DNA of 64,000 nucleotides from positions 372,001 through 436,000 of the forward strand of contig NW_019029006.1 in the NCBI RefSeq assembly GCF_002105155.1, written 5' to 3'. Shown in pieces: positions 20,297-34,249 of the stretch (positions are counted from its first letter, which is position 1; each line of letters begins with the position of its first letter). A model generated the notes under the pieces. The model searched no databases and was not told the DNA's origin. It saw only the letters and a program-made list of their open reading frames with translations. The DNA is from Lobosporangium transversale (taxonomy: Eukaryota). The position numbers and the translations under genes were made by a program.

Positions 20297-22479
20297 ATGC
20301 TGCGACAAGGCCTGCCAATGTATTTCAATACTAGGCTTCGACCTACACTTCCCATGAAACAGTTTGCATCTGTTACTCGTCTGACACAACGATGGAATAG
20401 CGCTTCAATGAGTCATATACGATGCATGTCCTCAGCCTTGAATGCAAAAGGCCAACCTGAGGTGAATAGCCAGGCTTGTATCAATGCTTGTAGAAGCATC
20501 AAAAGGAAGACAGGATTATCATAGCTAACTTGTATTCCGAATGTTTTTTGTCGAGTAAAGCTCAAAGATCCGTCTTTGATTAAAATCGCCGGGTTCATTG
20601 ACAATGAATATATCCATGCCACGAATGATGGGAAAACTTTCCCGGTTTTTGGTATGCTTTGTTCATTGATTTTCTATTCCATGTCAGTACAAATTGTGAT
20701 ACGCGCAGTATTCATAAGGTTTCATGATTCGAATAGATCCGGCACAAGGAACCGAAATTGCTAACTTTCCAGAAATGGGAGTTAAAGAAGCAGAGCAAGC
20801 TATTCAGTCAGCGAAACGCGCCTTAACTGAATGGAGACAAACGACTGCTAAAGAGCGTGGTACTATCCTTCGAGATTGGTATAATCTTATGCGTGAAAAC
20901 GAAGAGGATCTGGCCAAAATCATCACCTGGGAAAATGGCAAGACATTGTCTGAGGCCATTGGTGAAGTTCGATACAGGTAAGAAGCCGCTAAATGAGGAC
21001 CAAATGATTATGATGCAAACCTGCCTCCTATAAGGCATCAGCAATAAACATTTTATTATACCATATAGCGCCAGTTTCCTTGAATGGTTTTCGGAAGAAG
21101 CCAAAAGACTTTATGGTGAATTTATTCCAAGCCCTATAAAAACTCAGCGCATCATCACAATTCGACAACCCATTGGTGTTGTTGGCATCATTACTCCATG
21201 GAGTATGTCAGCACATGGTCTAGAATGCCATGAGTATCAGCCTTGGCTTTATTTTACTAATGTTTTTATTGTTAGTAACTGATTGCATCTTTTTTTTCCT
21301 TTTCTTACCTGTAGACTTCCCAAGCGCCATGATAACGCGTAAATTCGGCGCTGCTTTGGCTGCTGGATGCACGGCTGTAGCTAAGCCTGCCTCCGAGACA
21401 CCGTTTTCGGCACTAGCGCTTGCTGAACTGGGGATGAGAGCAGGGTTACCAAAGGGGGTTATCAACATCGTGACGACACATAGCAACACCAAGGACGTTG
21501 GAAAGTATCTGTGTGAGAGTCATGATGTAGCGGGAATTTCTTTCACTGGATCAACAAATGTGGGAAAGCATCTGCTGAAGCAAAGTGCAGACACGGTTAA
21601 GAAGATGTCTTTGGAGCTCGGAGGCAATGCCCCGTTTATTGTCTTTGGCGATGCAGATATTGACAAGGCAGTTGAAGGTAAAATAGTTACTTATAGTAGA
21701 GACAAGGATAAAAAATACAGGCATGATTATTTATTTATGTTTATAAATGCTGGGGTTATTAGGTGCTATTGCGGCCAAGTTCCGTAGCAGCGGTCAGACT
21801 TGCATCTGTGTGAACCGACTCTATGTCCATTCATCCATCAAGGAAGAATTCAGCAAGCGTCTTCAAGACAAAGTTAAAAAGTTCCAAGTTGGTTCAGGCT
21901 TTGACAAGCAAACAACCCATGGACCGTTAATCAATAAGGGTGCGGTTGAGAAAGTACGCTCGCATGTCGAAGATGCAATTAAACATGGAGCCACAGTTGT
22001 GGCTGGAGGAGATAGTGGAGCCACAACAAACGGCTACTTTTACCCTCCAACTGTTCTTATTGACATGAAAAACAACATGAGGATCGCCAGTGAAGAAACA
22101 TTCGGTCCTGTGGCTGCTATCTTTGAATTTGAGACCGAAGAGGAAGTCTTGAAGGCCGCCAACAATACTCGGCTTGGTCTTGCGGGATATTTCTTCAGCC
22201 GTGATATTTCAAGATGCTGGAGAGTTGCCGAGAAGTTGGAAGTAGGTATGGTTGGTGTAAACACTGGTACCATATCATCCGAAGTATTCCCATTTGGAGG
22301 TGTAAGTACATTTGCTTCAACACCATTCTAAAATAAGAAATCGAATGAATAGCCATTAATCTGTTTTTATCTCTTCATTTGATGTTCATCAGATCAAAGA
22401 GTCAGGCATGGGCCGTGAAGGTGGTCGACAAGGTCTGGATGAGTATACGCAGTATAAGACTATCAACATGGGCATTTAG
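20297..22479 (+). CDS. UGA2: Succinate-semialdehyde dehydrogenase (ALDH5 family), multi-exon, with mitochondrial presequence
   Basis: Motifs ITWENGK, FPSAMITRK, FTGSTNVG, SLELGGNAPF, FRSSGQTCIC (catalytic Cys), EETFGP and PFGG|IKESGMGREG across GT-AG introns. Confidence 0.93.
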
Positions 22480-22738
22480 GATATGATGCAATGATATTCC
22501 ACCAATAAAAGGGATGTACCAATAAGACAAAGCAGAAGACCAAGATTGTGACAGAAGATTGTGAATCGAGTGATTTTTTTTAGAATAGCCCGATTCCTAG
22601 AAGAAGATGACAGCAATCAGATCGGGCTCTATGGACGCCCACACAGTCCAGTAAAAAAAAAATAAAAGATGTAAAAGATGGCAGCATCTTCTACTCATTC
22701 AAACCATTTCGCTTCCCCACACTCACGACTTTACACAA

Positions 22739-23377
22739 ATGAGCTACACTATCCGCCGCTCAACAACCCCTGAAGATCTAGCGAAATGTCATGAGGGTAA
22801 ATTCACTCGTTGAAGTTAATTGATCAGTTGCAATCTTTTTTTATTTTTTACTGATTGCCGCACAAAATTCGTTTATGAATTTGTAATATAATGTATTAGT
22901 CCGTTTCAAAGTGTTTATTGACGAACAAGGATACGATGCAGCCATTGAAGTCGATGAGTATGATCGCCGAAAACAACACTTTACATGAACTGCAATTGTA
23001 TTTCATTATCAATTTGCTCCTGACTTTTTTTATCTTGAAATAGTATTGACTCACAGTGTCTCCACTGGCTAGCAGTTGACCAAAGTGATCAAGCAGTGGG
23101 CACTGCACGACTTTATAAGTATTCGCCTACTGTTGGGAAAGTAGGAAGAGTTGCTGTCCTGTCGAGCACTCGTGGATCTGGTCTTGGTCGGTTACTTATG
23201 GAGGAGATTGAGAAGTATGTAGTTGAAAACACAGAGTTTGAAAAATTGGCCCTATCAAGCCAGGTTCCCAGAAAAGGATTCTACGAAAAAGTTGGATTTG
23301 TTGCACAGGGTGAGGTTTATCTGGAGGAGGGTCAACCTCATGTCTTCATGGAGAAGAAGCTGACCCACAAAGCATAA
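22739..23377 (+). CDS. GNAT acetyltransferase, ElaA/YjcF-like (3 exons)
   Basis: Spliced product contains VRFKVFIDEQG...EVD, AVGTARL, KVGRVAVLSSTRGSGLG (motif A), FYEKVGF and EEGQPHVFM. Confidence 0.88.
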
Positions 23378-23904
23378 CTAAAATAAATAAAACCTAAAGC
23401 CGCAAGCAAACGGCCAGGACATGACAAAAAAAGAAGACACGTGTAATAATAAACGCTGGTATAAATGTTGTCTGTTGCATTCTTTGCAGACTGTCATCAA
23501 GGGTTTTCATATTCATGCTGCATCTTGATTCACCTTTTTACAGTAATCTGATTTTTGCCAATCCTAGGAAGAGAGAAAATGATGAATTGGAGACTGATAA
23601 GGCGAAGAAGATTCGATCCTATCCTCGAACATGATCCCACGTAATTTTTCTAGGATGGTTATCGATATTTAGCATCATTACCATCATACCTGCTCTGCCG
23701 TTTACATAATACCTAAGACTATTCATCATTAAAATAACTCTCTAGCAAGATCAGGAGCATGGCTTGTTGTGTCTCTTTGCTTTTCATGCTTCTGTTTGCA
23801 TCGACTTATAAAACTACCCATCTCTTCATCTAGTCCATCAAATTGTATGCTACAACATTTTATAATTTTCGTGCAGTACCCATTTCTGAATTGTAAGCAC
23901 TGCA

Positions 23905-23935
<31 letters not shown>

Positions 23936-25337
23936 CTGGGTCCTGATCGCCCGTCAAATTCATTTTTGTACAGTAGAGGGTATAAGAAAGACTTAATATT
24001 TACAGCACAAATGCGAGTCCACCTATTCCTGTCCCCTTGTTTGAGTGTCTCATGACAATGCATTTCAGTTCATTCCACTTTACTCCATTCCCAACAGGCC
24101 GCATTTTGGCTTGGTCCTTTCCAGGGCTATAGTTTTCGTCACAAGGGATACTGTGCCGCGTTAATAGCTTATAATGTCTTTAAACCATCATAATACTAAT
24201 GTAGACTACAGAAGAAAGAAAGCATCTTCACAGAGTCACCTTCACGGGGATATGCTCAACCACACATCCATTGAGATACTATCCATAATAAACTTGAGTG
24301 AACAGAGGTTAGACCAGTTCAAAAGAGGCGGTGAGGGGATTTTCGTGGCGGTAGATGCCAAGTTCCTATTCTAGGACTGATTTGTCTCCTAGGCGCGATG
24401 TTGACGCGACAGAACTAAAAATAATTCAATCTGATACCTACCTTCAATTACATCATTGCTGGGCGCAATCACACATGGGAACCTATTCTTTCCAAGTCAC
24501 CCCGCTTCATTCACTCCTTGCTCTTATCTCTTGCGCAAAAATACTCATCTTTGCATTTTTATTAATATATTGTTAATGATGGTGCCATTAGATATTTAGG
24601 CCACATCATATCCACAAATATCATAATGACCTTGGCTATAGTGTACCATAAGTGCAATGAAAGTAGTCATCTGCTTGGTTGCAGATCTAAGAGTATGCAA
24701 CGATAACGAAATGAATTTAATGTTTTAAAAAAGCTGATGAATCCTTAATACTGCCATTCTTTTTAATATTTTTACTCTCTGTGGTATGAGTTAAGGGACA
24801 GCGCTACTGCTTCGCGCAATGATCACCCGTCATTAATAATGTTTGATTATCTGAATCCTTTTAAAATGCTCGCCCTGAATCATCCTCTCTTAGGCCTGAC
24901 GGCCTTCCTAGGTCGCGACTTATGGAGCGTTTATCAGACTTATATCTTTTATTATATCGATCTCCTCCCCCTCCATAACAAGCATATTGAACTGACAGCG
25001 ACTTCATCATTCTATAAGCTCTAGCTCCAGCCCAACCCATCCTGTCCCCGACCGCTACCCAAGCTTTGAGCACAGGTTAGAAGTAGATACTTTCTATTTG
25101 ACATCCATATATCCATTGGAGCATGCTCCTTCATCATCCATTATCTCAGCTAAACAATCCTTTTTTGGACACACCTCTCGACTCTTGGTTCTGTTCAGTA
25201 GTGATCTATTTGAAGGTATATCTTCTTGTCCTTCAAGTGGTCAAGGCCATAAGCTATCTATAGATCGTAATCTTGCAGAGGAAAGTATATGCTGATAGAG
25301 GTCTTTGTTGGTGAATTCTTTACGGAGCACAGTCAAA

Positions 25338-28337
25338 ATGGCCAGTTCTGAATGCATTACGAGCCTTCCAAATAATTACGCTACTTCCCTGTCAAGATCA
25401 CTATCCCTTGAGAGCTCGGACCAGGCCACGATTGAAACTCATGAGCCAAAGGAGCCGCGACAACAGGAAATATGTCAAATAGGTAATGACTATATAACTT
25501 TGTGAACCAAAATGTGCATTGTTACACCCTATTTTTGTTTCATTTTCTAACCTTATGCGATCCATCATTTAGCTGATCTTCAGCAGAATCAGAAATACCA
25601 TCCAACATTAAGTGGCTTCACAGAAGAAGAAAAAGAAGGAGTCAACATTGGGCGATGTTCTAGACTGATGAAAAAAACTGAAAGGCATAAGGCGCGCAGG
25701 CCCAACAGCAATCAACACATTCGATATGGTGGCTATAGCCCTGACCTAGATCTAGAGCAATTTAGCTCTTCGAGGACCTCACTGGACCTTCCCCACACTA
25801 CCCCAAGCAACCATCTAAGTAACGATACCTTGCATTCAAGTAAGGAAACTCAGACGACCCCACAGGAGTCGGCAAATGCCGCTACGGCCGCGCCTTTACC
25901 GGGCCAGGCCATATTTAGCCTCCTTTCCTTCAAAAGCAGCTTTCTAAGTCGTCTTTCTGGCTCAGAGGGCACCTCTGGCACTGATGGACCAAAAGCGACC
26001 CATGGCCGTTCAGATCCATCCGCTTTGGTCCACAGCAGCGAACATAGTGAAGGAAATGGACAATATCAGGAATTTCAAAAATATAGGGATTCAACAACTA
26101 TATCCTCACGAAGATCTTTGCCTCTATTACCACTTCAGCCCCATGCGTCCATGGAAAGCTCCTCATTTTATCGCCATGCCAATCGAGAGGAGCGTGTCGA
26201 AAGCTTGACCCGTATTATAACTTCCAATAGGGTTCTGGCATCGCGCTCAGGCGGCATTCTCTCAAATTTACTCAAACTTCAGAGGCTCTCAATGCCGCCA
26301 TCATCACTCTCACAGCATCATCATCACCAGCGCCATCGAAGGCAGTGCCGCCTTCACTGCGCACAACAGGGCCACAACTATAGCCATTACCAGCGACAAA
26401 GAAGAGTGAGTCGAAAGCCATCTGTTGCTTCCAAGCTTATGCCACATATGAGACCTAGTCGGCACATGCTTTCAAGCCCCTGTGTTAGCGCCCTTTCGCT
26501 CCCAAGCCTATTCATGGCAGCCACTTCAGGGGCTGGTATGCCGCCTTCTCCCCATCTCAGCTCCAGGCCCGTCTTTCCTTCCCCATTGGCACTCAATTCA
26601 AAAGCGTCTATATTTCCGAATATACCCGTGGCCAAGAGCAGGCCCTGCATCACAACTTCTGGAGCTGTAGCAGTAGAAATGTTTCCAGATCATGGTTATC
26701 ATCAACTTTATGGGCCTAGTGGTGATGAACGTTCAAATGACCGTTTATTTATGGTCCCAAAAGACATCAGTCTATTGCCCAATATAGTGACTGTTGGTAC
26801 TCCAGCAAAGGAGAATACATCCGTGTATTCAGAGGCCACTCAAGGTCCATTCGTCACCGCGATCCGATCAAGTCAGCAAGCCGAGTTGACGGAAGCAATG
26901 ACAGAGATTCTGTTGCAACAGGACCTATTGATTCGGCTCTGTAAGAGCCTAATCTGGTATGGAGCCCCATCTCATCGAATCGAACTAGCTATGGAGGCCA
27001 TGTGCAGAACCTTTGAGCTCGATGGGTCGTTTGCGTTCTTACCTGGGCTGATGATGATCTCCTTTGGAGATTCAGATACACATCTAATCAAATGCACTCA
27101 AGGATTTGATATGAACCGGTTAGCTAAAGTGCACAAGGCTACCCGGGCATTGATGTACGACGATTTGACACCAGCGGAAGGTTTAACCATACTCAAAGCC
27201 ATCAATAATGAGAAACCCATTTACAACATGTGGGTGACGATAATTTCATTTGCTGGGTCCAGTGGATTTATTGCTCCATTAATCTTCAAGGGTAGTTGGA
27301 TGGACATGTTGGTCAGCATGATCCTAGGCGTGATTGTCGGCTTAATGACCCTTCTAGTCAACCGTTATTCGATCTACTCGAGCGTATTTGAAGTCAGCAT
27401 CAGTGTCTTAATTGCATTCGTGGCTAAGGCTCTAAGAAGCTACGTTTGCTTCACAGGCGTGGTCCTCAGTGCGATTGTTCAGCTTCTGCCAGGCTTATCG
27501 CTCACGACCGCGATCATGGAATTATCCTCCAGATTTATGATTACGGGATCTGCGAGGATGTTTTATAGTCTGATCTACTGTCTCTTTTTGGGATTCGGTC
27601 TCTCGATTGGGTCGAATCTTTGGGATGTTTTCCAAGAGCCTCCGTCTGAGGATTTAAAGATGGGGCATTGTATCCCAGCGAACGAACCCTGGCGATGGAT
27701 CTTGTTCCCACTCATGGCCATTTCATTTAATATCCAGCTCTATGCGAGCCCACGCCAGTGGCCCGCCATGCTCATCTGTAGCTCTGTCGGCTATGCGATT
27801 AGTGAGGTTGGAGGCATACATTGGCCTCGGTCCCTTCATATCGCTGCGGCTATGAGTGCATTTGTGGTGGGCCTTTTGGGTAATATTTATGAGCGGATCA
27901 CTCATGAGCTTGGTAAGCCTCAACCAAATGCATGCACAACTATGTTTGGTCTCTTAGATTCTATTAAACTTATTCCTCTTTCTTTTTTTTTCTTATTCGC
28001 CGCTCATTATATCACCAAGCCTTTGTGCCGATATTGGGTGCCATTCTTTTGATTGTTCCTGGAGGAATGGGCGTCCGCTCAACACTATTGCTCTTGGACG
28101 AGTCAGGGCACGCATCTCAGGGGAGTGCGTTTGCTTTGCAGATGATCATGGTCGCTCTTGGAATCGCCATTGGGCTCTTTGCTGCCACTCTTGTTGTTTA
28201 TCCTCGTAAGTGTAGGGACGAAAAGTTTGGCATATCAGGAGAAATTCACGTCTATTTGTTGGTTTACAATTAGCACTAATTATTATCCTTTTACATATGT
28301 AGTTGGTAAAAAGCGAAACACTCTTTTAACGTTCTAA
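25338..28337 (+). CDS. PRM10: Prm10/ThrE-family membrane protein (DUF1212), multi-exon
   Basis: Motifs YGAPSHRIE, FLPGLMMISFGD, LLPGLSLTTAIMELSSR, GSARM and IVPGGMG. A long disordered N-terminus is followed by about 10 TM segments. Confidence 0.85.
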
Positions 28338-28806
28338 TTTGCCTGCAGCCTCGACGAAAGAAAAAACCTCCCTTTCTCTCCTTCCACACATAAACTTATA
28401 CAAAATATAAAAGGCTTTATCTATCTAACAACAAATGTAACATAAAGCCATAATGGTATATATTCTGACCATAAATGCATTGAATAATGTATAATGAAAA
28501 AGAACTTCTATTTTGCAAGCTTTGCACCGTCCAATCTTTATGTGGTTTTTTTTTCTTCCTCTTCATGCTAAAAAGTGGACGATTATTAATGAACTTCTAG
28601 TATTAAATGAGAAGAATGGAAGGAGAAATAAATGAAACAAATGATAGATGCAAAAAAAAAGAAAAGAAAAGAAAAGAAAAGAAAAGAAAAGAAAAAGAAA
28701 AAGGATATAGCAAAGAACATAAACATGGGTACAGTACTATTTACTCTTCTACCCTTTCTGCAACCTTTGTATCTATTTTGTTTTACAAAGGAGCTGCTGT
28801 AGGTTA

Positions 28807-31413
28807 TCATTTCGACTTAGTCAATGGCGGTGACGTTGGTGAATAAGGAGATGATGGTGCTGGCGATGATGGGCGTTTCTTTGTAGTATCGCCAAATCCC
28901 TCTGAAACTGCTACAAAAAGTTCCTTAGTATCGCCACTACGGATCTTGCCCTCTAACTCTACAATCTCTTGGTCGTGTCGTCTCTTGATCTGCGCCAGCG
29001 CCATTGTCTCGACGATCGACAGCAAGAAATAGGAGATCATGATGAAGATGATTGTGTTCCAGATTAGCCCAACAAGACTGGTCGAGTTCTCCAGCTCGTC
29101 TTCCGAAACTCGATCCTTTCCATGCAGAGCTCCCTTCTGTGAGTTGATGCCGTCAGCCAAGTATCCGTGGATCAACGGGACCGAAGTCTCGAGCCATCCC
29201 ATGAAAGCAGCCAATGTATCAGCTGAAAACATGAGGATTACAAAGAGTGTCTACAATAGGAGAGAAAAGAACTTGGTCAGCAGAGCGGTCTAAAGAGCTT
29301 TTTTTTTTTTTTTTTTTTTTTTCTTTTTTTTTTTTTGCACAAAGAGCATAACCACGTTTTCTTGCGAGTTGACGGAAATTTCGTTTTACCTGGATTGATG
29401 ACTTCACAACAGCCTTTCCGAGGAAAGTGGCGCCAAAGAAGGTCGAGAATGGGATCAAGAAGTGGCCACAGGTGATCCCTGCGAGATCAAAAAGAGGGTT
29501 GGGGATCTAAAGGACCATCGAAAAGAGAGTAAAAAAAGAAAAGAATGGTCAGCCGTCAGTAGGATGGTTAGGGGTGGAAGATACCTTTATCCTCTGATAG
29601 CTAAGTAACAAAAAAGAAAGCATCTCCACAAAGAAAAAGAGTATAGCCGGCCATAACTACGACTTACGGAGGCGCACAAAAAGATACCAAAGAATCCTAA
29701 ACGCTTCATTCCTTCGTGTACCATGAGCAGAATACGCTCCTTATATGAGACTGAGTCGGGTTTCTTCTTGAGCAGGTCCTCAATAGCAGCCAATTCCTCA
29801 TTCCTATTCCCTGAGAGTGCAGCAGCCCTTGCAACAAAGTATGGCGGTAGTTCACCAATGGCAGTTCCAAAACCCCAAAAGAAACTCTCCCATTGCACGG
29901 CTCGGAAAATGGCATAAATTGTGAGGCTGACTACATCAGCTTCTGACGATTTACAAATAAATCTATATTACCAAACAGAAAAAAGGAGGATTAACAAAGT
30001 GAAGTTCCAACTGTGTGTGTGTGTGTTTTTTTATATGTATATAGTACACTCCTAAATACCTTTGATCACCACGAACATCAAAATTTGTGTTTCCACATTT
30101 GTAGGCAGCAAGCGTTACCTCCGCAATGTGTGGGCCCAAGAACAGGATGAATGTGTGCAATCCAGTGCCCAATCCAACAGATGAGGCAATTCCCAGTAAT
30201 GTCCAATATCCGTACCAAATTAATCCAGACTCTGCGTGCTTGAGCAGCTATTGAAATATATAAAATAGACCGAAATTTTCATTAGAATAAAACGCTAGCA
30301 GACTAAAGCACAAAGAGGATGAAGAGTTTGGCTGTTGTGACAGTTAATAGAATGTGATTTCCACTTCGAAATTTCTAAAAATACTGCAACCTTACCGGTT
30401 GATGAGCACCGTCCGTCTGGTATACAAAGTAGACCACTGCCGTGAGAAGTGGTAACGCTACTAGAAGGTACTGCTGTGATACAATCCAGACAAGAAGCAT
30501 GCGGAACTCATGTAACAGGTACAGCACAAAGTACGATAAGACGGTCAATGGCGAGGTGTACACCGAGATCTCCTGTCGCTCTGTTTCAAGTGCAATTCGC
30601 CTACGGTTGATGAATTCTATGTACACGTGGAGAATGTATACATGAGTCAGCGTAAATAAAACCACACAATATGGTTCGCCATTCAATCTCCTTCCATCTT
30701 CTACTATCATGCTTTCTGACTCTAAGTTACCTGTAAAATGAGTTGAGAAGCTATTTGATCGTGAAGAGATTCTGGATCGAAGGGGATGCGTCTGCTTTTT
30801 ATGATTGCTATTATTGTCTTTCGATCTTCCAAAATTCTCTGTTGCCTTTGATTCCGCAAGTGATCCCCCTTTGGATAGTGATGATAACTCTGACTCCTCT
30901 TTCATTTGTGCCGCATTTGTGTGCTTTGAATCCGAGATTTGAATTGTGGTTGCTGCTTGCGCAGGCGATCCCTCTGGCTTTGAAGCCCGGTCCAAATTTT
31001 TGAGTCGCTTCTTCAATGCTGCTTTGTTCCCAGTAGTGAGTAGACCACGCTGATGACAAAGTTCTCGTAATTGTGGCAAAGAGTAGTTGCTCCATGGATA
31101 TGTCTGGTGGATACCGATCGCACCCAAGGTGTTAGATGTAGAGTCGGAATCGTCATCGTCCATGCTCATCCCATGACTTGCATCACTATGAATTAGCAGA
31201 AAAAAGGTGTTCCAATAACACAAGAATAGAGTAAGGAACGAGGCAAATATTAAGAAATTGTCCGAGAGAAGGGGAAGCAGGCACCCCATATCCTCCATTC
31301 ACCCCTTGCAAGTATAGACCGGTTCCTTTTTTTTGCGTCCTTTATCTAGTCCATTATAACAATACTCTATGACGATGTGTGTTGCATTACCTATGGATCA
31401 AATGATTAAACAT
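28807..31413 (-). CDS. VMP1: Vacuole membrane protein 1 (VMP1) with an N-terminal SAP-like domain, multi-exon
   Basis: Motifs [47 protein letters not shown] and [19 protein letters not shown]. The probable first exon is MFNHLIH (ATG at 31413). Confidence 0.92.
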
Positions 31414-32697
31414 GTTGTTCTGGTAATAAGTCATTATGAAATGTTGATCAGTCTACAGTTGTGTCTTGACTAACTAACTGACTGTGGTTGTTGTTTGTTG
31501 TTTATTTGTTATTTGTTTGTTGGTTGTCAATGGTATATAATAAGGCTAGCGAAGACAATTTCGCTGGAATGGGAGAATACAATGCAGCACGCACACAGAG
31601 CTGGCAATGAGGTCTTATGCGGCCTACTTGGAAGCTACAGCAATCAAATAAAAATAATAAAGACCCTTTTTATGGCCTTTTTATCTTCTGCTTAGGTGAG
31701 CAATTGAACAGAGACAGAAGACCAAGGAGAAAAGAGAGAGAGAAGCTGAATAGTCTAAGGGAAAAAACAAGAGGAGGTGTGAGCAGTAAAGAAGTAGTTG
31801 AGCAAGCTGATCTTTTTTGGAATGTAAAAAAAGGGAGTAAAAGTAGTAAAGTAATGAGCAAAAGATATTAATGGATGAGATGCACAAAGCACCATGCAGC
31901 CGATGAGGAGTTGGAAAAAGAAGGTTGGAAGGAGATGAAGAAAAAAAGAAAAGAGAGAGCTAGACGTATGCATGCCAACAGTCGAGCATCCGTGCCTGTA
32001 TCAGACCAATTTTTGGTTGGATGGACTAAATGGACAGGCTTTCTTCCTGGACAAAGCAGTGTCGCCTCATTGCGTGATCATTGGTCTCTTTCAGGGACTT
32101 CAAACACATTCACACATGTTCAACAACAACAATGTTCATGTGTATCTTTGAGCTGATGTTTCGACGTGCTGGATATGAACTCATGCATGAACTGTAAAAA
32201 AAAAGAAAAAAGAACGTCCGATCACCCGAAGATTATTTTAGAATGAAAGAGTAAATCAAATGGCTTGATGGCGGACTTCTTAGAGTTCCTTCGTTTCCTT
32301 CTTCACTCCTGAGTAAAGTGAGCGAGTTCACTTTATATTACTTTGCAATGCATCGGATCAGAGACTACTCAATGTAGAGCCGCTCTTCCTAATCTGCTTG
32401 CTACTGGATAATGTGTATAGACAAATCTATCAATTAATCAATCATGCGGGGCCCCTTATGCTTCAATGAAATGTATGAAATTATCCGTCGCATTAAATAG
32501 TTAATACAGGGTCATGCAGTAAAAAAAAAGACCATGCTAATGCTTCCCCTTTTTTGCATGCATGTATACCTTTTTATGTGTCTGTGTATCATAATATGTC
32601 ATGTACTCAACTCCAGTTACAAGAAATTAAAGCACAAAAACAGTAAAGGCCTTTTCCTTCAACTTCTACATTCAAAAAATCTATAGAACTAATCTAG

Positions 32698-33472
32698 TTG
32701 GCAGCCCAGGTGCCAAATATAATCAACTTTGAAGACTCTCTTTGGCAGCCTAGTTGTCAAGGAACACCCTCATGATTTGCCTGGCAACCTATCTAGCGTT
32801 ATTTGACCTCTATTTCTTGTTTTATTATAAAAACTCTCGTATCTCGTTCACTGAGAATAATCCTGTATTGATGAGAAGCACAGGAGCTATTGTTTGAACT
32901 TGTTGACATCTAACAAAAAAAGGCTCATCAAGCTTTTTGATCGTGATATTCAGCTACAATCCAGACAGAGGCGCATCAACATATTTATGCGATCCTAATG
33001 CTTCCTGTCTATTGACGTTTTTATTGAGAGAAAGCCCACCAATTAAAGGCGGGTTTTTTACTTGAAAGACTGAAATAATAAAAAATCGGAGCCGTGCAAA
33101 TGTCTTTTTTCTTCTTTATTTAGTCCCAGAGTCGCATGAAGAATATCAACATCTACTCTGGGTTACGTACGACCTTAAGAAGATAAATATCCTGGCCAGT
33201 ATTTGATGCTTGGGTATCGGCTCTGGATCTGAGCTTGTGTCGTGGAAGGCTTCCCGGTAGTGGTATCTAACTGAATTAAAGACCCTGTATAAATAAAAAA
33301 AGATCCCCCGTGCAAATATCTTTGGATTAATCTATTTGGCAGCCTAGTTGCTAAATATTATTTGGCAGCCCATTGCCAAATATAATCAACTTTCAAGACT
33401 CTCTTTGGCAGCCCAGTTGCCAAATAACATTCATTATTTACTTGGCAGCCTACCCAGCGTTATTTGGCCTCT
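32698..33472 (+). repeat. Imperfect direct repeat of about 115 bp built from TTGGCAGCC units
   Basis: 32698-32811 and 33362-33472 share TTGGCAGCCCA..TGCCAAATATAATCAACTTT.AAGACTCTCTTTGGCAGCC..AGCGTTATTTG.CCTCTA. Confidence 0.85.
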
Positions 33473-34054
33473 AACTATTTTTTTTTTTTTTTTTTTTTTC
33501 ATTCCTAGGAACCGTATATGTGTATAACGCTCATACTTTAAATTAATAAAGCTCCCATCTTCTACGTCATGGTTATGTGTAGTGACATTGTCTTGTCTCA
33601 TTGAAAACTAATGACTTTTTTTTTCAAGTAGGTCGCTCATACAGTTTTGGAGGTGCCATTTGGAGATCAATGCCTATGAGAGGTTTTCGCTCGGAGCAAA
33701 CGCGTCTCACCTGCTACCTAGACGTCTTCAATAAATCATTCCCTAACCGTGTACATTGAAGGCTGTTTTGTGAAGATGTCATCGTCGCTGCCCTTAGTAC
33801 CTCCGGTGGCATTAGCTGTGCAAGGCAATGTATCCACAGAACGCTGCCTGTTTTACCACTGATGTTATGACCCTGTTATCAAAAAAAAAAAAAAAAAAAA
33901 AAAAGTAATGTATTTGGCAGCCCAGCTGCCACCCAAGAGTGCGAAGTTAAGTGGCAGCCCCCAGAAGTAGGCTGCCAAATAGAGGCAAAAATTACTATAA
34001 TTGGTATGGGCTGCCAAATAATATTAGCAACTGGCTACCAAATCTATAATCTAA
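33322..34054. mobile_element. MITE-like element with inverted ends of about 50 bp
   Basis: 33322-33372 matches the reverse complement of 34007-34054 (..ATTTGG.AGCC.AGTTGCTAA.TATTATTTGGCAGCCCA). There are multiple internal GGCAGCC motifs and an internal poly-A-tailed insert ending at 33904. Confidence 0.55.
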
Positions 34055-34088
34055 CGAGTAGAATAATGGTTACAAAAGGCAAAAGAAA

Positions 34089-34160
34089 GGGCCGAACCGG
34101 GAATTGAACCCGGGACCTCTCGCACCCTAAGCGAGAATTATACCACTAAACCATCCGGCC
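34089..34160 (-). tRNA. tRNA-Pro (AGG), identical to the copy at 15541-15612
   Basis: Same 72-nt sequence and the same downstream TTTCTTTTG. Confidence 0.97.
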
Positions 34161-34249
34161 TGCTCATATGATGTTTGGAAAATTCATACAATATATTCTT
34201 AATTTCTATCAGCAGTGACACGTGATATAAGTCAGCGACAGTAACGGCT

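Noticed and set aside
32690..34054. CRISPR-like array of GGCAGCC repeats
   Set aside because: Spacing is irregular, both orientations occur, the spacers are themselves duplicated, and the context is eukaryotic.
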